Below, one piece after another: positions 39,789 to 55,308 of a stretch of 64,000 bases of DNA. Numbering within the stretch: position 1 is the first letter of the stretch; each line of letters begins with the position of its first letter. The notes under the pieces are model-generated. The model made no database searches and had not been told where the DNA came from. It saw only the letters and a program-made list of their open reading frames with translations. Source of the DNA: Alphaproteobacteria bacterium (GTDB lineage: Bacteria > Pseudomonadota > Alphaproteobacteria > JAAXGF01); NCBI GenBank assembly GCA_963555825.3, contig CAUVXB020000002.1, positions 256,001-320,000 on the forward strand. Reading direction: 5' to 3'. Made by a program: the position numbers and the translations under genes.

Positions 39789-41095
39789 GATCGATCCTCC
39801 CTGAAGACACGGCGCGTCTTGCCCGCCGAGCGCGGCAGTTCGAACGGCGCGAGCAGCGTCACCTCGGCCGAGGCGCGCGTCGCCTGCTTGATCGCCTCGG
39901 CAAGGGCGTCGGCGAGCGCCGGCGTGGCGGCGTTGCCGGACGCCAGTTCGGCGTCGACCGGCAGCCGGTGATAGGGCGCCGGCCCGCGGAGCCTGATACG
40001 AAATTCGCCCGACAGCTCGGCAAAGCGCGTCACCACCGCCGCGACATCGCCGGGAAAGACGTTGACGCCGCGCACCACCACCATGTCGTCGGCGCGCCCG
40101 ACGATGTGGATTCGCGGTGCCGTGCGGCCGCAGGCACAAGCATCCGTCGCGGTGACCGTGACGATGTCGCCGGTGCGGAAGCGCACCAGCGGCTGGCATT
40201 CGCGATTCAGATGGGTCAGCACCAGCTCGCCGGTCGCGCCGGCGGCCCAGTCGATCGGCGCATCGCCGTCGGGCGCGACCAGCTCGGCATGGAGCGCGTC
40301 CAGGGTGACGACGTGGAGGCCCGCGCCCTCGCCGCACTCGACGGCGACGGTGGTGAGCACGTCCGAGATGCCATAGAGGTTGCGTGCCGCGAGCCCCCAA
40401 GTCGTCTCGATGCGCTCGCGGAAGCTCCGATTCTCCAAGCCGGGCTCGCCGCCCAGCAGCGCGAGCGCGAGGCCGAGGTCGGCTGGCGCCAAGCCGTCGA
40501 AGCGCTCGTCGATGACCTTTTCGAGCACCGCCGGGTACGACGGCGTGCAGTAGATCGCCGTGACGCCGAGCTCGCGGATCGTGCGGATCAGGTGTTCGCT
40601 GTCGCCGACGCCGAACGGCACCACCGTCGCGCCGGTCGCCTCGAGCGTCGCGTGGTCGGTATAGCCGCCCATCCAGAGCTGATAGTTCAGGCAGTGCACG
40701 ACGAGATGGCCGGGACCCAGTCCGCCGGCCTGCATGGCGCGGCCGCTTACGGTCGCGAACATCGCGGCATCGGCGGCCGACAGCGCGATGTTCAGCGGCC
40801 GGCCGCTGGTGCCCGAGGTGCGATGCAGGCGCATGACGCGCTCGGGCGGCGTCGCCAGGTAATCGCCGAACGGCGGTCGGGCGGCCTGGCTGTCGCGCAG
40901 CATGGCCTTGGTGGTCAGCGGTAGTTCGGCCAGGTCGTCGAGCCGCGCCGGCGGGCGCCTGCCGGCCCACAGCCGTTTGTAGAACGCCGAGTTCGCTGCC
41001 AGGTGGGCGCGCTGCTTGCGCCAGCGCCGCGCGCGAAACGCGGCGAGCCGCTCGGCCGGCCAGAAATCGTGGTCGCCGAGCCGCGGGCGAGCCAC
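39785..41095 (-). CDS. Phenylacetate-CoA ligase family (PaaK-like) acyl-CoA ligase
   Basis: TSGTSGRP, TPSY, YGISD, PLVRFRTGD, GRADDM..VRGVNVFP. Confidence 0.87.
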   Translation of the reverse strand: MARPRLGDHDFWPAERLAAFRARRWRKQRAHLAANSAFYKRLWAGRRPPARLDDLAELPLTTKAMLRDSQAARPPFGDYLATPPERVMRLHRTSGTSGRPLNIALSAADAAMFATVSGRAMQAGGLGPGHLVVHCLNYQLWMGGYTDHATLEATGATVVPFGVGDSEHLIRTIRELGVTAIYCTPSYPAVLEKVIDERFDGLAPADLGLALALLGGEPGLENRSFRERIETTWGLAARNLYGISDVLTTVAVECGEGAGLHVVTLDALHAELVAPDGDAPIDWAAGATGELVLTHLNRECQPLVRFRTGDIVTVTATDACACGRTAPRIHIVGRADDMVVVRGVNVFPGDVAAVVTRFAELSGEFRIRLRGPAPYHRLPVDAELASGNAATPALADALAEAIKQATRASAEVTLLAPFELPRSAGKTRRVFREDRS

Positions 41096-41096
41096 C

Positions 41097-44880
<3,784 letters not shown>

Positions 44881-44902
44881 GGCGAGGGGCGCGCCCTCCG
44901 GG

Positions 44903-45742
44903 CTAAAAGATCGAGTTCCAGGATTGCGAGATCCACGATTCGTCGCTCGCCTCGGGCCTGAGATCACGGCCGGTCAGCAGCGCGTATGAATCGAGGTACC
45001 ACTCGCTGCCCGGAAAGTTGTGGCCGAGCACGGCCGCCGAGGCCTGCGCCTCGTCGATCACGCCGAGCGCCAGATAGGCCTCGGTCAACCGGTGCAGCGC
45101 CTCGGGAACGTGGCTCGTCGTCTGGTAGAACTCGATGACGCTGCGGAAACGATTGATCGCGGCGATGTACTGCCCGCGCTCGAGATAGAACCGGCCGACA
45201 CTCATCTCCTTGCCTGCCAGATGGTCGCGGGTCAGATCGATCTTCAGCCTGGCGTCGCGCGCGTAATTCGAATCGGGAAAGCGGCGCACCAACTCGTCGA
45301 GCGATTCGAGCGCCCGCTGGGTCATCATCTGGTCGCGCCCGACGTCCGAGATCTGCTCGTAGTAGCAGAGCGCCGTGATGTAGTACGCATAGGCCACCTC
45401 GCGGCTGCCCGGATGAAGCTGGATGAAGCGCTCGGCGGCGAGGATCGCCTCGTCGTAGTTGTTCGATAGATAATGCGCGTAGGCCGACATGATCTGCGCC
45501 TTGTTGGCCCACACCGAATAGGGATGCTGGCGCTCGACATCGTCGAAGCCGGCCGCGGCGGCGTTCGTGTTGCCGGCCTCGAGGTCGTCCATGGCGCGGT
45601 TGTAGAGCTCCTCGACGGGCCGCTCGAAATAGCTGTCTTGGTCGCTGCTACAGGCGACCAGCGCCAAAGCGAAGAGCGATATCAGGCCGAGGCGGGCGGC
45701 GAGGACTCCCATCCGGAAGCCGCGGATACGAGACGGGTTCAT
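44903..45742 (-). CDS. bamD: Outer membrane protein assembly factor BamD
   Basis: Lipobox LVAC; HPYS.WA, RDQ, LAGKEM.VGRFY. Conserved position between lpxC and recN. Confidence 0.93.
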   Translation of the reverse strand: MNPSRIRGFRMGVLAARLGLISLFALALVACSSDQDSYFERPVEELYNRAMDDLEAGNTNAAAAGFDDVERQHPYSVWANKAQIMSAYAHYLSNNYDEAILAAERFIQLHPGSREVAYAYYITALCYYEQISDVGRDQMMTQRALESLDELVRRFPDSNYARDARLKIDLTRDHLAGKEMSVGRFYLERGQYIAAINRFRSVIEFYQTTSHVPEALHRLTEAYLALGVIDEAQASAAVLGHNFPGSEWYLDSYALLTGRDLRPEASDESWISQSWNSIF

Positions 45743-45748
45743 GAGCAC

Positions 45749-45794
45749 CTTATACCAAGGATCAGTGATAGAGGCCCATAGAGATCGTATCCGC
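45749..45794 (-). repeat. Isolated MITE end forming TGGTATAAG 6 nt before the bamD ATG
   Basis: 45753-45794 matches 29642-29683 at 36/42 and is flanked by TTA. Confidence 0.75.
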
Positions 45795-45879
45795 CGCACG
45801 AATTCAACGGCACGCCGGACAAACGAAAACGGCGCCAGGGCGCCGTTCACGAATTCACGTCCAGAGCAGTGATTGCCGA

Positions 45880-46803
45880 TCAGGCCGAGACGGCGACCTT
45901 GGCGGCGGGCCAGGACGCGGCGTCGTCGAGCGTGACGTAGCGCCAGGCGTCGTCATCGTCGAACAGCGCCGTCAGCAATTGGTGGTTCATGCTGTGGCCC
46001 GACGCGAACGCGTCCAGGTGGCCGATCACGGGGCCGCCGGCGAGATAAAGGTCGCCGATGCAGTCGAGCGCCTTGTGACGCACGAACTCGTCGGCATAGC
46101 GCAGGCCCTCGTCGTTGATGACCTTGTCGTCGGACAAGACGACGGCGTTGTCGAGCGAGCCGCCGAGTGCGAAGCCGCGCTCGCGCAGCGCCTCGACGTC
46201 ACGCATGAACCCGTAAGTGCGCGCCCGGCAGATCTCGCGCTTGTAGACGTCGCCGCCGATCTCGAAATAGCAGGTCTGTTCGCCGATCACCGGATGGTCG
46301 TAGGTGATCGTCATCGACACCGAAAAGCGGTCCGACGGCGTCAGCGACGCCGAACGATCGCCGTCCGAGACCTCGACCGTCTTGAGCACCTGTATCGCCT
46401 TGCGCGGCGGCGCCTGCTCGGCGAGGCCGGCGCATTCGACGAGAAAGACGAACGGCGCGGCACTGCCGTCCATGATCGGCACCTCGGGGCCGTCGAGTTC
46501 GACCTCGACATTGTCGACGCCGAGACCCGCGAAGGCCGACATCAGATGCTCGACCGTCGCCACGCCCGTACCGTTGCCGTCGCTCAGCGTCGTGCACAGC
46601 ATCGTCGCCGAGACGTTGTCGTGATGCGCGGCGACCGTCGCCCCGCCCAAATCGGCGCGGCGGAATACGATTCCGGTGTCAGGATCGGCAGGATGCAGGG
46701 TCATCGCGATCCGCTCGCCACTGTGGAGGCCGATGCCCGTGCAAGCGATCGCGGTCTTGAGTGTATGTTGTCGAATGAAGCTCAACGAATGATACCTGTT
46801 CAT
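45880..46803 (-). CDS. lpxC: UDP-3-O-acyl-N-acetylglucosamine deacetylase
   Basis: GIGLHSG, TVEHLMSA, EVPIMDGSA, RHKALD. Confidence 0.96.
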   Translation of the reverse strand: MNRYHSLSFIRQHTLKTAIACTGIGLHSGERIAMTLHPADPDTGIVFRRADLGGATVAAHHDNVSATMLCTTLSDGNGTGVATVEHLMSAFAGLGVDNVEVELDGPEVPIMDGSAAPFVFLVECAGLAEQAPPRKAIQVLKTVEVSDGDRSASLTPSDRFSVSMTITYDHPVIGEQTCYFEIGGDVYKREICRARTYGFMRDVEALRERGFALGGSLDNAVVLSDDKVINDEGLRYADEFVRHKALDCIGDLYLAGGPVIGHLDAFASGHSMNHQLLTALFDDDDAWRYVTLDDAASWPAAKVAVSA

Positions 46804-46905
46804 CTCCAAAACAAACCGGGTAGACCCGGGTGAGATTATTGACTCCCCCACGTGAACAACGCGTGGGCTTCGAGGGTTTCTAACAACTTCCCCCGAAGCC
46901 CACAA

Positions 46906-46950
46906 TTCACGTTTTGTGACAGATTGTTACGCCCAATTACTGGAAGTTAC
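46906..46950 (-). promoter_or_regulatory. Putative transcription-factor array: five GT(A/C/G)A(C/T/A) boxes at 10-bp spacing upstream of lpxC
   Basis: Minus strand reads GTAAC-N5-GTAAT-N5-GTAAC-N5-GTCAC-N5-GTGAA in an AT-rich intergenic region. Confidence 0.45.
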
Positions 46951-46957
46951 GCACCAT

Positions 46958-48625
46958 CTAGTTGGTTTGACGTCGCAGGAACGCCGGGATGTCGAGCAGG
47001 TCATCCTCGGGCCGTTGGGGCTTGGGCCCCTCGACCGAGGTGGACTGGCTCTCGGCGCCCGCCGTTTCGAGAACCGGTTCGAGCACCGGCGCCGGCACTA
47101 CCGGCTTCGACGCTACCGGCTTCGACGCTACCGGCTTCGACGCTACCGGCTTCGACGCTACCGGCTTCGACGCTACCGGCTTCGACGCTACCGGATCCGG
47201 CGCCGACGGCATCGGCGCCTTAACCGTGTCGCGCACCGACCCGAAGACCGGTTCCCGTTGCGGCTCGGGACGCCCGTCACGGGCGCGGCCTGTCCCGGTG
47301 ACGCGCTCGAACAGCGTCGGACCACGACGTGGCTCGAGCTTGGCGCGCGGTGCCGCCGCCGAGCCGTTCTCCATGGCCGCCTCGGCGAAGGGCTCCGGGC
47401 GCGCCGAGAACGGCCACCTAGGGCCCGGCTCGACCGGCGGCGGCGGGATGAAGCTGTCCTCGGGATCGCTTGCCGTGGTGGCCGGCGCATCGACCGTTTG
47501 GGCAACCAGCTCCGACTCGGCGACCTCGGCAACGTCCGGCTCGTCGACGATCTGGTCGATCGGCGCGCCGTCGATCTCGGCCCCCGGCTCGAGATACTGG
47601 GGCACCGGGGCATCGCGGCGCGACGCCTCGACCGTGACCGGGCGGACGATCGCCTCGCCGTTCGCCGTGATCCCGGTCGCGACGACCGAGACACGCATCC
47701 GGCCGGCGAGCGAATCGTCGAATGTCGAACCGAAGATGATGTTGGCCTCGGGATCGACTTCCTCGCGGATGCGGTTGGCCGCCTCGTCGACCTCGAACAG
47801 GGTCATGTCGTAACCGCCGGTGATGTTGATCAGCACGCCCTTGGCGCCCTGCATCGAGATCTCGTCCAGCAACGGGTTCGAGATCGCCGATTCGGCCGCA
47901 TCGACAGCGCGTCGTTCGCCCTCGGCCTCGCCGGTGCCCATCATCGCCTTGCCCATCTCGGCCATCACCGTTCGCACATCGGCGAAGTCGAGATTGATCA
48001 GACCCGGCATGACCATCAGGTCGGTCACGCCGCGCACGCCCGAAGACAGCACGTCGTCGGCCATCTTGAAGGCGTCGGCGAAGGTCGTCTTGTCGTTCGC
48101 CACGCGGAACAGGTTCTGGTTGGGAATGATAATCAGCGTATCGACATACTGCTGCAGCTCGGTGAGGCCCTCCTCGGCGATCTGCATGCGGTGGATGCCC
48201 TCGAACTGGAAGGGCTTGGTCACCACCGCGACGGTCAGGATGCCCTGCTCGCGCGCCATCTGGGCAATCACCGGCGCGGCGCCCGTGCCGGTGCCACCCC
48301 CGAGGCCCGCGGTGATGAACACCATGTTCGAGCCGGTCAGGTGCTCGACAATCTCGTCGATCGACTCCTCGGCGGCGGCGCGGCCGATGTCGGGCCGCGA
48401 GCCGGCGCCAAGCCCCTCGGTGATGCTGACGCCCAGCTGGGTACGCCGCTCGGAAAGCGACTGCGCCAGCGCCTGGGCGTCGGTGTTCGCGACGACGAAC
48501 TCGACACCCTCGAGATGTGAGGTGATCATGTTGTTGACCGCATTGCCGCCGGCGCCGCCGACGCCGACTACGGTGATTCTCGGCTTCAGCTGATGTGTCG
48601 CCGGCATACTCAAATTAATCGTCAT
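46958..48625 (-). CDS. ftsZ: Cell division protein FtsZ (long alphaproteobacterial linker)
   Basis: [24 protein letters not shown]-terminal [10 protein letters not shown]. Confidence 0.98.
   Translation of the reverse strand: MTINLSMPATHQLKPRITVVGVGGAGGNAVNNMITSHLEGVEFVVANTDAQALAQSLSERRTQLGVSITEGLGAGSRPDIGRAAAEESIDEIVEHLTGSNMVFITAGLGGGTGTGAAPVIAQMAREQGILTVAVVTKPFQFEGIHRMQIAEEGLTELQQYVDTLIIIPNQNLFRVANDKTTFADAFKMADDVLSSGVRGVTDLMVMPGLINLDFADVRTVMAEMGKAMMGTGEAEGERRAVDAAESAISNPLLDEISMQGAKGVLINITGGYDMTLFEVDEAANRIREEVDPEANIIFGSTFDDSLAGRMRVSVVATGITANGEAIVRPVTVEASRRDAPVPQYLEPGAEIDGAPIDQIVDEPDVAEVAESELVAQTVDAPATTASDPEDSFIPPPPVEPGPRWPFSARPEPFAEAAMENGSAAAPRAKLEPRRGPTLFERVTGTGRARDGRPEPQREPVFGSVRDTVKAPMPSAPDPVASKPVASKPVASKPVASKPVASKPVASKPVVPAPVLEPVLETAGAESQSTSVEGPKPQRPEDDLLDIPAFLRRQTN
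47098..47194. repeat. Perfect 15-bp tandem repeat (6 full copies) in the ftsZ linker, encoding (PVASK)6
   Basis: CCGGCTTCGACGCTA x6 at 47101-47190 plus partial flanks. Confidence 0.97.
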
Positions 48626-48715
48626 CCTTGCCTCCAGAGAATGGACGTTGCGGGGGTACCGGTCCGCTCCGGTAATGCTCTACTCCCGACGCCCCCACGC
48701 CGGGTCGATGTCGCA

Positions 48716-49963
48716 CTAAAAGTTCTCACGTAACCATTGGCCGACACGGCCGAACCGGCCGCTCGACGCCTCCTGCGCGGCGATCGTCTCGGGTGGTACC
48801 TCGAGACGCTCCTTGACCGCGTAGTTCAACAGGCCGGCGCAGGTCGAGAACGCCGGCCCGGCTGTTGCTTCGGCGAGACCCGAGAAGCCCAAGGGCCGTC
48901 CCAGGCGCACCTGCTTGCCGAGAATGTCGCTGGCCAGGTCGGCGGCGCCTTGAAGCTGGCTGGCGCCGCCCGTGAGCACCAGCCGGCGGCCCGCCGACTG
49001 GCCGAATCCACTGGCCTCGAGCCGGTTGCGCACCAGCTCGAATGTTTCCTCGATGCGCGGCCGGATGATGCCGGTAAGCTGCGCGCGCGGCACCGGGTTG
49101 GTGCCGGCGCCGTCGCTCTCGCCGACGCGGCGCACATCGATCGTCTCGCGCTCGTCGGCCGCGCCGGCGACCGCGCTGCCATAGAGCACCTTCATGCGCT
49201 CGGCGTGGTTGATCGGTGTCGATAGGCCGTGCGCGATGTCGTTGGTGACGTGGTTGCCGCCGATCAGGATGACGTCCGAATGCACCACGTCGCCGTCGTC
49301 GAACACCGCGACCGACGTCGTGCCGCCGCCCATGTCGATGAGCGTGACGCCAAGCTCCATCTCGTCGTCGACCAGGCATGCCAGCCCGGCGGCATAGGGC
49401 GAGACGACGCAGGTCTGGATGTCGAGGTGGCAGCGCGCGATGCAGCTCGTCAGATTGCGAATCGGGCCGGCGTCAGCGGTCACCATGTGGATCGCGACAC
49501 CCAGCCGGTCGCCGTACATGCCCTGCGGGTTGCGGATGCCGCGGTTGCCGTCGATGGTATAGCCGAGCGGTATGGTGTGAATGATCTCGCGATCGCCAGG
49601 CTCGCAGCGCGCGCGGCCCTGGCCGAGCACGCGGCGCAGGTCGTTGGCGCCGATCTCGTGGCCGTTGACGGCGACCTCGACCTCGATGCGTTGCGACTGC
49701 GGGTTGCCGACCGAGAAGTTGACATAGGCGTCGCGGATGGTGTCGCCGGCCATCTGCTCGGCGGCATGGACCGCGGCAAGGATCGACTGTTCGGCCGCCG
49801 CCATGTCGACCACGGCGCCGGCGCGCAGGCCGTGCGAGATCTGATGGCCGATGCCGGTGACGCGCAGAGCATCGCCGTCGACGCGCGCAATGAAGCAGCA
49901 CACCTTGGAGGTGCCGACGTCGATCGCCGCGATGCGGCCGTTACGGACCTTACCCTTGCTCAC
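48716..49963 (-). CDS. ftsA: Cell division protein FtsA
   Basis: IDVGTSKV, IDMGGGTT, GGNHVTNDIA, VLTGGASQL. Confidence 0.96.
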   Translation of the reverse strand: MSKGKVRNGRIAAIDVGTSKVCCFIARVDGDALRVTGIGHQISHGLRAGAVVDMAAAEQSILAAVHAAEQMAGDTIRDAYVNFSVGNPQSQRIEVEVAVNGHEIGANDLRRVLGQGRARCEPGDREIIHTIPLGYTIDGNRGIRNPQGMYGDRLGVAIHMVTADAGPIRNLTSCIARCHLDIQTCVVSPYAAGLACLVDDEMELGVTLIDMGGGTTSVAVFDDGDVVHSDVILIGGNHVTNDIAHGLSTPINHAERMKVLYGSAVAGAADERETIDVRRVGESDGAGTNPVPRAQLTGIIRPRIEETFELVRNRLEASGFGQSAGRRLVLTGGASQLQGAADLASDILGKQVRLGRPLGFSGLAEATAGPAFSTCAGLLNYAVKERLEVPPETIAAQEASSGRFGRVGQWLRENF

Positions 49964-50002
49964 CTGTCTGTCACCTTCATGTCGATCGTCATTGCCGCGT
50001 CC

Positions 50003-50878
50003 CTACGTGTTCTTGCCTGATTCGTCTCGCCGGGTCGCCGCCGGCGGCCGGCGCACGACCAGGCGGTCGGGCAGGCGCAAATCGACGCTGGCGATGTCGC
50101 GTGCCAGCAGCCGGTGCCGGCGTTCGTAGTCGGCCAGCCGGCGCCAGGCGTCGGCGATGCCGTCCTCGGGCAGCTGCACGTCGATGCCGTTGTCGAGGTG
50201 CAGGTTCCAGCGCCGGCCGCCGACGCGTACCGCAGCCTCGACGCGCTTTACCAGCGTCGGCTCCGACGACATGATGCCGATCAGGCTGACGACGTTGACC
50301 GGCGCGTCCTCGCCGACGACGACCAATAGCTTGGCGAAGCGCTCGGCCTCGGCGCCGTCGATCACCACGCCGTCGCGGTCGACGACGATGAGCTGGCCGT
50401 CGCGCTGCCAAAGCGCGAGCGGCGTGCGCTCGTCGAGCCGCACGAAGACGGTGTCGGGAAAGTGCCGCTCGACGGTCGCCGCGCGAACCCAGCCGATCGT
50501 CTCGAGACGCGCGCGCGCGGCGTCGGGATCGAAGTTCAACAGCGGCGTGCCGCGTTCGACCGCCAGAGCGGCGAGCACCGCGTCGCGCGGTGTCCAGTGC
50601 CGCCCGCTGACGTACACCTCGCCGACGATCAGGCCACCGGCGACCGACGCCTCGATCAGCGTGGCGTGCGCCTGCTCGATCGCCGTCGTCACGCGCCCTG
50701 AGGTCCACAGCCAATTGGCCGTGCCGGCGATCAGAACCAGCGCCAGCGCCGTACCGCCATAGCGCAGCGTCGGGCGCAGCCAGCGCGGCATGACCCGGCG
50801 CCGGGTCTTTACCTTGGCCGGGCGGCGCTTGCTGCTTTTCGGCAGCAGCCGCTCGAATCGAGCCATCAATCGTCGCAT
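50003..50878 (-). CDS. ftsQ: Cell division protein FtsQ
   Basis: TM plus POTRA domain; [14 protein letters not shown]; position in the cluster. Confidence 0.92.
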   Translation of the reverse strand: MRRLMARFERLLPKSSKRRPAKVKTRRRVMPRWLRPTLRYGGTALALVLIAGTANWLWTSGRVTTAIEQAHATLIEASVAGGLIVGEVYVSGRHWTPRDAVLAALAVERGTPLLNFDPDAARARLETIGWVRAATVERHFPDTVFVRLDERTPLALWQRDGQLIVVDRDGVVIDGAEAERFAKLLVVVGEDAPVNVVSLIGIMSSEPTLVKRVEAAVRVGGRRWNLHLDNGIDVQLPEDGIADAWRRLADYERRHRLLARDIASVDLRLPDRLVVRRPPAATRRDESGKNT

Positions 50879-51786
50879 TGCGCTTCCTCCACCATCCAAC
50901 TGACCAGCGCGCCGAAATCGATCCCCGCATGGGCCGCCTGCTCGGGCACCAGCGACAACGGCGTCATACCCGGCTGGGTGTTGATCTCGAGCATGTAGAG
51001 ACGGCCCGGCTCGCCTTCGGTGTCGTCGTAGCGGAAGTCGGCGCGACTCACGCCGCGACAGCCGAGCGAGCGGTGCGCCGCGACGGCATAGTCCATCGCG
51101 CGGCAGCTCACGTCGTCGGGCAAGGGCGCGGGGCAGAGATGCGTCGTCTTGCCGTCGGTGTATTTGGCCTCGTAGTCGTAGAAGCCTTCGTGCGGGCGCA
51201 GCTCGGTGACGCCGAGCGCGCGGTCGCCCATCACCGCGACGGTCAGCTCGCGGCCGGGGATGAATGGCTCGATCAGCACGGCGTCGCCGAACGGCCACTC
51301 GGCGGGATCGATGCCCGGGTAGTTGTCGCCTTCGAGGACGATCCGGACGCCGACGCTCGAACCCTCGTTGGCCGGCTTGACGACATAGGGCGGTTCCATG
51401 ACGCCACCATTGGTCGCGTCAGCGAGGCTCACCACGACGCCTTCGGGACAGGGGATGCCGACGCCGGCGAAGACGCGCTTGGCGATCGGCTTGTCCATCG
51501 CCAGCGCCGAGGCGAGCAGGCCCGAATGGGTATATGGCAGGCCGAGGATATTGAGTACGCCCTGCACGCAGCCGTCCTCGCCATAGCGACCATGCAGCGC
51601 GTTGAAGGCGACGTTCGGGCGTGGCTCGAGGGCGATCAGCGTCGCCGCCAGGTCGCGGTCGACGTCGATCTCGGTGACGCGGTAGCCACGCTCGCGCAGC
51701 GCCTTGGCGCAGGCCTTGCCCGAGACCAACGAGACCTCGCGTTCGGCGGACCAGCCACCCATCAGCACGGCGACATGCTTGCTCAT
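50866..51786 (-). CDS. ddl: D-alanine-D-alanine ligase
   Basis: [34 protein letters not shown]. Confidence 0.96.
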   Translation of the reverse strand: MSKHVAVLMGGWSAEREVSLVSGKACAKALRERGYRVTEIDVDRDLAATLIALEPRPNVAFNALHGRYGEDGCVQGVLNILGLPYTHSGLLASALAMDKPIAKRVFAGVGIPCPEGVVVSLADATNGGVMEPPYVVKPANEGSSVGVRIVLEGDNYPGIDPAEWPFGDAVLIEPFIPGRELTVAVMGDRALGVTELRPHEGFYDYEAKYTDGKTTHLCPAPLPDDVSCRAMDYAVAAHRSLGCRGVSRADFRYDDTEGEPGRLYMLEINTQPGMTPLSLVPEQAAHAGIDFGALVSWMVEEAQCDD

Positions 51787-52727
51787 GAGCCGGCCTCCGA
51801 AAAGCCCGCGGCGTGCCGGCCGATGCGGCGGATTTCCCACTCCAGCGTCACGCCGGTCGCCTCGGCGACACGGCGGCGGACCTCCTCGCCGAGCGCCTCG
51901 ATGTCGGCGGCGGTCGCGGCGCCGGTGTTGATCAGGAAGTTGCAGTGCTTTTCCGAGACCATGGCGCCGCCGCGCGCGAGCCCACGACAACCGGCCGCCT
52001 CGATCAGCTCCCAGGCGCTCGTCCCCGGCGGGTTCATGAACGTGCTGCCGCCGGTCTGCGTGCGCAGCGGCTGGGCGGTGTCGCGGTCGCGGGCGATCTG
52101 GGCCAGGCGCACATCGATCGCCGCGCGATCCTCGGCATGGCCGTCGAGTGTCGCCTCGGTGAAGATCCAGCCCTCGGGCACCGCCGAGGCGCGGTAGCTG
52201 AAGCCGAGCTCGGCCGGGCCAAGCACATGGGCGACGCCGGCCGGGTCGATGGCGCGCGCGCCGCGTGTCACGTCGACGACCTCGCCGCCGAAGGCGCCGG
52301 CGTTCATGCGCAGCGCGCCGCCGATCGTCCCCGGCACGCCCGAGAGGAATTCCAGACCGCCGACGCCCGCCGCCGCGGCCGTGCGCGCGACGTTGACGTC
52401 GAGCGCCGCGGCGCCCGCCGTGACTCGGGCTCCGTCGACCGAAACCTTTGCGAACGCGCGGCCCAGGCGGATCACCACGCCGTCGACGCCGCCGTCGCGC
52501 ACCAAGACGTTCGAGCCGACGCCGAGCGCCGTGACCGGTACGTCGGCCGGTTTGGCGGCGAGGAAGCCGGCCAGATCGTCTTCGTCGGCCGGGCGGAACA
52601 CCACCTCGGCCGGGCCGCCGACGCGGAACCAGGTGATGCGATCGAGCGCCACGGCCTCGCGGTAGCGCCCGCGCACCGCAGGCAGGCGATCGATCAGGCG
52701 GTCGGTGCGCTCCCGGGCGGCCATCAT
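51783..52727 (-). CDS. murB: UDP-N-acetylenolpyruvoylglucosamine reductase
   Basis: [36 protein letters not shown]. Confidence 0.95.
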   Translation of the reverse strand: MMAARERTDRLIDRLPAVRGRYREAVALDRITWFRVGGPAEVVFRPADEDDLAGFLAAKPADVPVTALGVGSNVLVRDGGVDGVVIRLGRAFAKVSVDGARVTAGAAALDVNVARTAAAAGVGGLEFLSGVPGTIGGALRMNAGAFGGEVVDVTRGARAIDPAGVAHVLGPAELGFSYRASAVPEGWIFTEATLDGHAEDRAAIDVRLAQIARDRDTAQPLRTQTGGSTFMNPPGTSAWELIEAAGCRGLARGGAMVSEKHCNFLINTGAATAADIEALGEEVRRRVAEATGVTLEWEIRRIGRHAAGFSEAGS

Positions 52728-54160
52728 GTCCGCGCCTCCGCGTTGCCGCTGGTCGCCAACGCACGCGCCAGCTCATCGGGCAGCGCGTTCGCCCAGGCCG
52801 TCGAGGTGCCGGCGCCCAGGCAGATGACGACGTCGCCCGGCGCCGCGATGTCGGCGATCATGGCGGCCAGGTCCTCGGGCGCGCCGAGCGCCTCGACGCG
52901 GCGGTGGCCGCGGTCGCGCAACCCGCCGACCAGCGCGTCGCGGTCGACGCCGTCGATCGGCGCCTCGCCGGCCGAAAAGACGTCGGCGACGATGACCGCC
53001 GTGGCGTCGTTGAAACAGGTACAGAAGTCTTCGAACAGGTCGGCGAGCCGGCTGTAGCGGTGCGGCTGGACGACGGCGATGATGTTGCCGTCATAGGCGT
53101 TGCGCGCCGCCTCGAGGACCGCGGCGATCTCGACAGGGTGGTGGCCGTAGTCGTCGATTACGGTGATGCCGCCGGCCTCGCCGGTCTTGGTGAAGCGCCG
53201 CTTGACACCCTCGAACTCGGCCAGCGCGCGGCTCAGCACTTGCTCGTCGATGCCCATCTCGACGGCCACCGCGATCGCCGCCAGCGCATTCTGCACATTG
53301 TGCCGACCGTGCATCGGCAGCCGCAGGTTCTCGATGACGCGCTCGGCGTGGTCGACGCGGTCGGTGACGACGGCCTCGAAGCGCATGCCGCCGGGCGACG
53401 GTTCGACATCGACGGCGCGCACCTCGGCCTGCGGGCTGAAGCCGTAGGTAACGATCCTGCGGTCCGAGACCCGGCCGATCAGCGCCTGCACCTCGGGGCT
53501 GTCGATGCACAAGACGACGAAGCCATAGAACGGGATGTTCTCGACGAATGCCTCGAAAGCGGTGCGCAGCGCGTCGTATGAGCCGTAGTGGTCGAGGTGC
53601 TCGCGGTCGATATTGGTGACCACGGCGATGGTCGCCGGCAGCTTGACGAAGCTGCCGTCCGATTCGTCGGCCTCGACGACCATCCATTCGCCGTCGCCGA
53701 GCCGGGCGTTGGTGCCGTACGCGTTGATGATGCCGCCATTGATCACCGTCGGGTCGTAGCGCGCCGTGTCGAGCACGGCGGCGATCAGCGAGGTCGTCGT
53801 CGTCTTGCCGTGGGTGCCGCCGACCGCGATAGACCAGCGCAGGCGCATCAGCTCGCCGAGCATCTCGGCGCGTTTGACGACCGGCACGAAGCGCGCCCGC
53901 GCGGCCTCGACTTCCGGATTGTCGGGCTTGATCGCCGACGACACGATGACCACCTTGGCGTCGCCCAGATTGTCGGCGTCGTGGCCGATGCTGACCGTGA
54001 CGCCCATGTCGCCGAGGCGCCGGACGTTGGCGTTTTCCGACTGGTCGCTGCCCTGCACCTGGTAACCCAGATTGTGCAGCACCTCGGCGATGCCGCTCAT
54101 GCCGATGCCGCCGATGCCGACGAAGTGGATCACGCCGATTTCGAGGGGCATCGACTTCAT
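52724..54160 (-). CDS. murC: UDP-N-acetylmuramate-L-alanine ligase
   Basis: [33 protein letters not shown]. Confidence 0.96.
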   Translation of the reverse strand: MKSMPLEIGVIHFVGIGGIGMSGIAEVLHNLGYQVQGSDQSENANVRRLGDMGVTVSIGHDADNLGDAKVVIVSSAIKPDNPEVEAARARFVPVVKRAEMLGELMRLRWSIAVGGTHGKTTTTSLIAAVLDTARYDPTVINGGIINAYGTNARLGDGEWMVVEADESDGSFVKLPATIAVVTNIDREHLDHYGSYDALRTAFEAFVENIPFYGFVVLCIDSPEVQALIGRVSDRRIVTYGFSPQAEVRAVDVEPSPGGMRFEAVVTDRVDHAERVIENLRLPMHGRHNVQNALAAIAVAVEMGIDEQVLSRALAEFEGVKRRFTKTGEAGGITVIDDYGHHPVEIAAVLEAARNAYDGNIIAVVQPHRYSRLADLFEDFCTCFNDATAVIVADVFSAGEAPIDGVDRDALVGGLRDRGHRRVEALGAPEDLAAMIADIAAPGDVVICLGAGTSTAWANALPDELARALATSGNAEART

Positions 54161-55308
54161 GCCGCGATCTCCCCCGCGATCGGGCCGCCCAGCGCCCGAT
54201 TGGTGCCGCGCCCGCCGTTCGCCGGCATGCGCCGCTCGACCAGATCGGCGAGCCGTGTGGCGGCCTCCGGCACGCCGATCGAGCGCGCCTTCTTGGCGGC
54301 GTCGATCAGCCTGGGCGGCGCGATCAGGAAACTCTCCATGCGGCTCGCCAGCGCATCCGGGGTGAACGTCGGCTGCGACATCGTCCAGCCGCCGCCAGCC
54401 CGCTCGATGGCGCGCGCGTTGGCCGACTGATGGTCGTCGGCGGCCAAGGGATAAGGCACCAAGATTGCCGGCCGCCCGGCCGACGTGAGCTCGGCGACGG
54501 TCGAGGCGCCGGCGCGCGCGATGACCAGCTGTGCCTTGGCCAAGCGCGCCGGCAGATCGTCGAAAAAGCCGGCGAGTTCGGCGCCGATGCCCGCCGCGCG
54601 GTAGATTTCGCGCACCCGGTCGAGGTCGTCCGCGCGGCACTGTTGCACGACATCGAGGCGCGCCCGCAGTTGCTCGGGCAGGGCGGCGAGCGCCGCCGGC
54701 ACGACCTCGGACATAACCGCCGCGCCCTGACTGCCGCCGATCACCAGCAGCGAAAGCAGCCCGCCGCGCTCGGGCGCCGGGTAGGGTCGCTCGGCGAGCG
54801 CCGCGATCGCCGCGCGCACCGGGTTGCCGGTATGCTCCGCCTTGGCCCGGTCGGCCGGGCACAGCTGGGCGGTATCGGCGAAGGCGGCCGCGATGGCGCG
54901 CACGCGGGGCGCCATCAGCCGGTTGGCGCGGCCGAGCACGGCATTCTGCTCGTGGATCACCGTCGGCAGGCCGATCCGCGTCGCCGCCAGCATGGTCGGC
55001 ACCGAGGCGTAGCCGCCGAAGCCGACGACGCCGGCGGGCGCCAGACGGCGCAGCACGCCATGTGCCTGGATGGCGCCGAAGGCGATCTGGCCGAGCCCCA
55101 TCAGGCGGCCCGAAAGGCCCTGGCCGCTGACCGTGCCGGCGCTCACGGTCAGGACCGTTTCGGCGATCGCGCTGCCATACGCCGCGCCGCGCCGGTCGGT
55201 GACCAAGACGATGTCGCGGCCGCGCTCGGCGAGCGTACCGGCGAGCGCCTGCGCGGGAAACATGTGGCCGCCGGTGCCGCCGGCGGCGATGATGATGGGC
55301 CCGCTCAC
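54157..55308 (-). CDS. murG: MurG glycosyltransferase
   Basis: [31 protein letters not shown]. Confidence 0.96.
   Translation of the reverse strand: MSGPIIIAAGGTGGHMFPAQALAGTLAERGRDIVLVTDRRGAAYGSAIAETVLTVSAGTVSGQGLSGRLMGLGQIAFGAIQAHGVLRRLAPAGVVGFGGYASVPTMLAATRIGLPTVIHEQNAVLGRANRLMAPRVRAIAAAFADTAQLCPADRAKAEHTGNPVRAAIAALAERPYPAPERGGLLSLLVIGGSQGAAVMSEVVPAALAALPEQLRARLDVVQQCRADDLDRVREIYRAAGIGAELAGFFDDLPARLAKAQLVIARAGASTVAELTSAGRPAILVPYPLAADDHQSANARAIERAGGGWTMSQPTFTPDALASRMESFLIAPPRLIDAAKKARSIGVPEAATRLADLVERRMPANGGRGTNRALGGPIAGEIAA

Noticed and set aside
47098-47194. Mini-CRISPR or separate repeat ORFs (46852-47223, 46989-47813)
   Set aside because: Spacer-less tandem repeat inside ftsZ. The opposite-strand ORFs are shadows.
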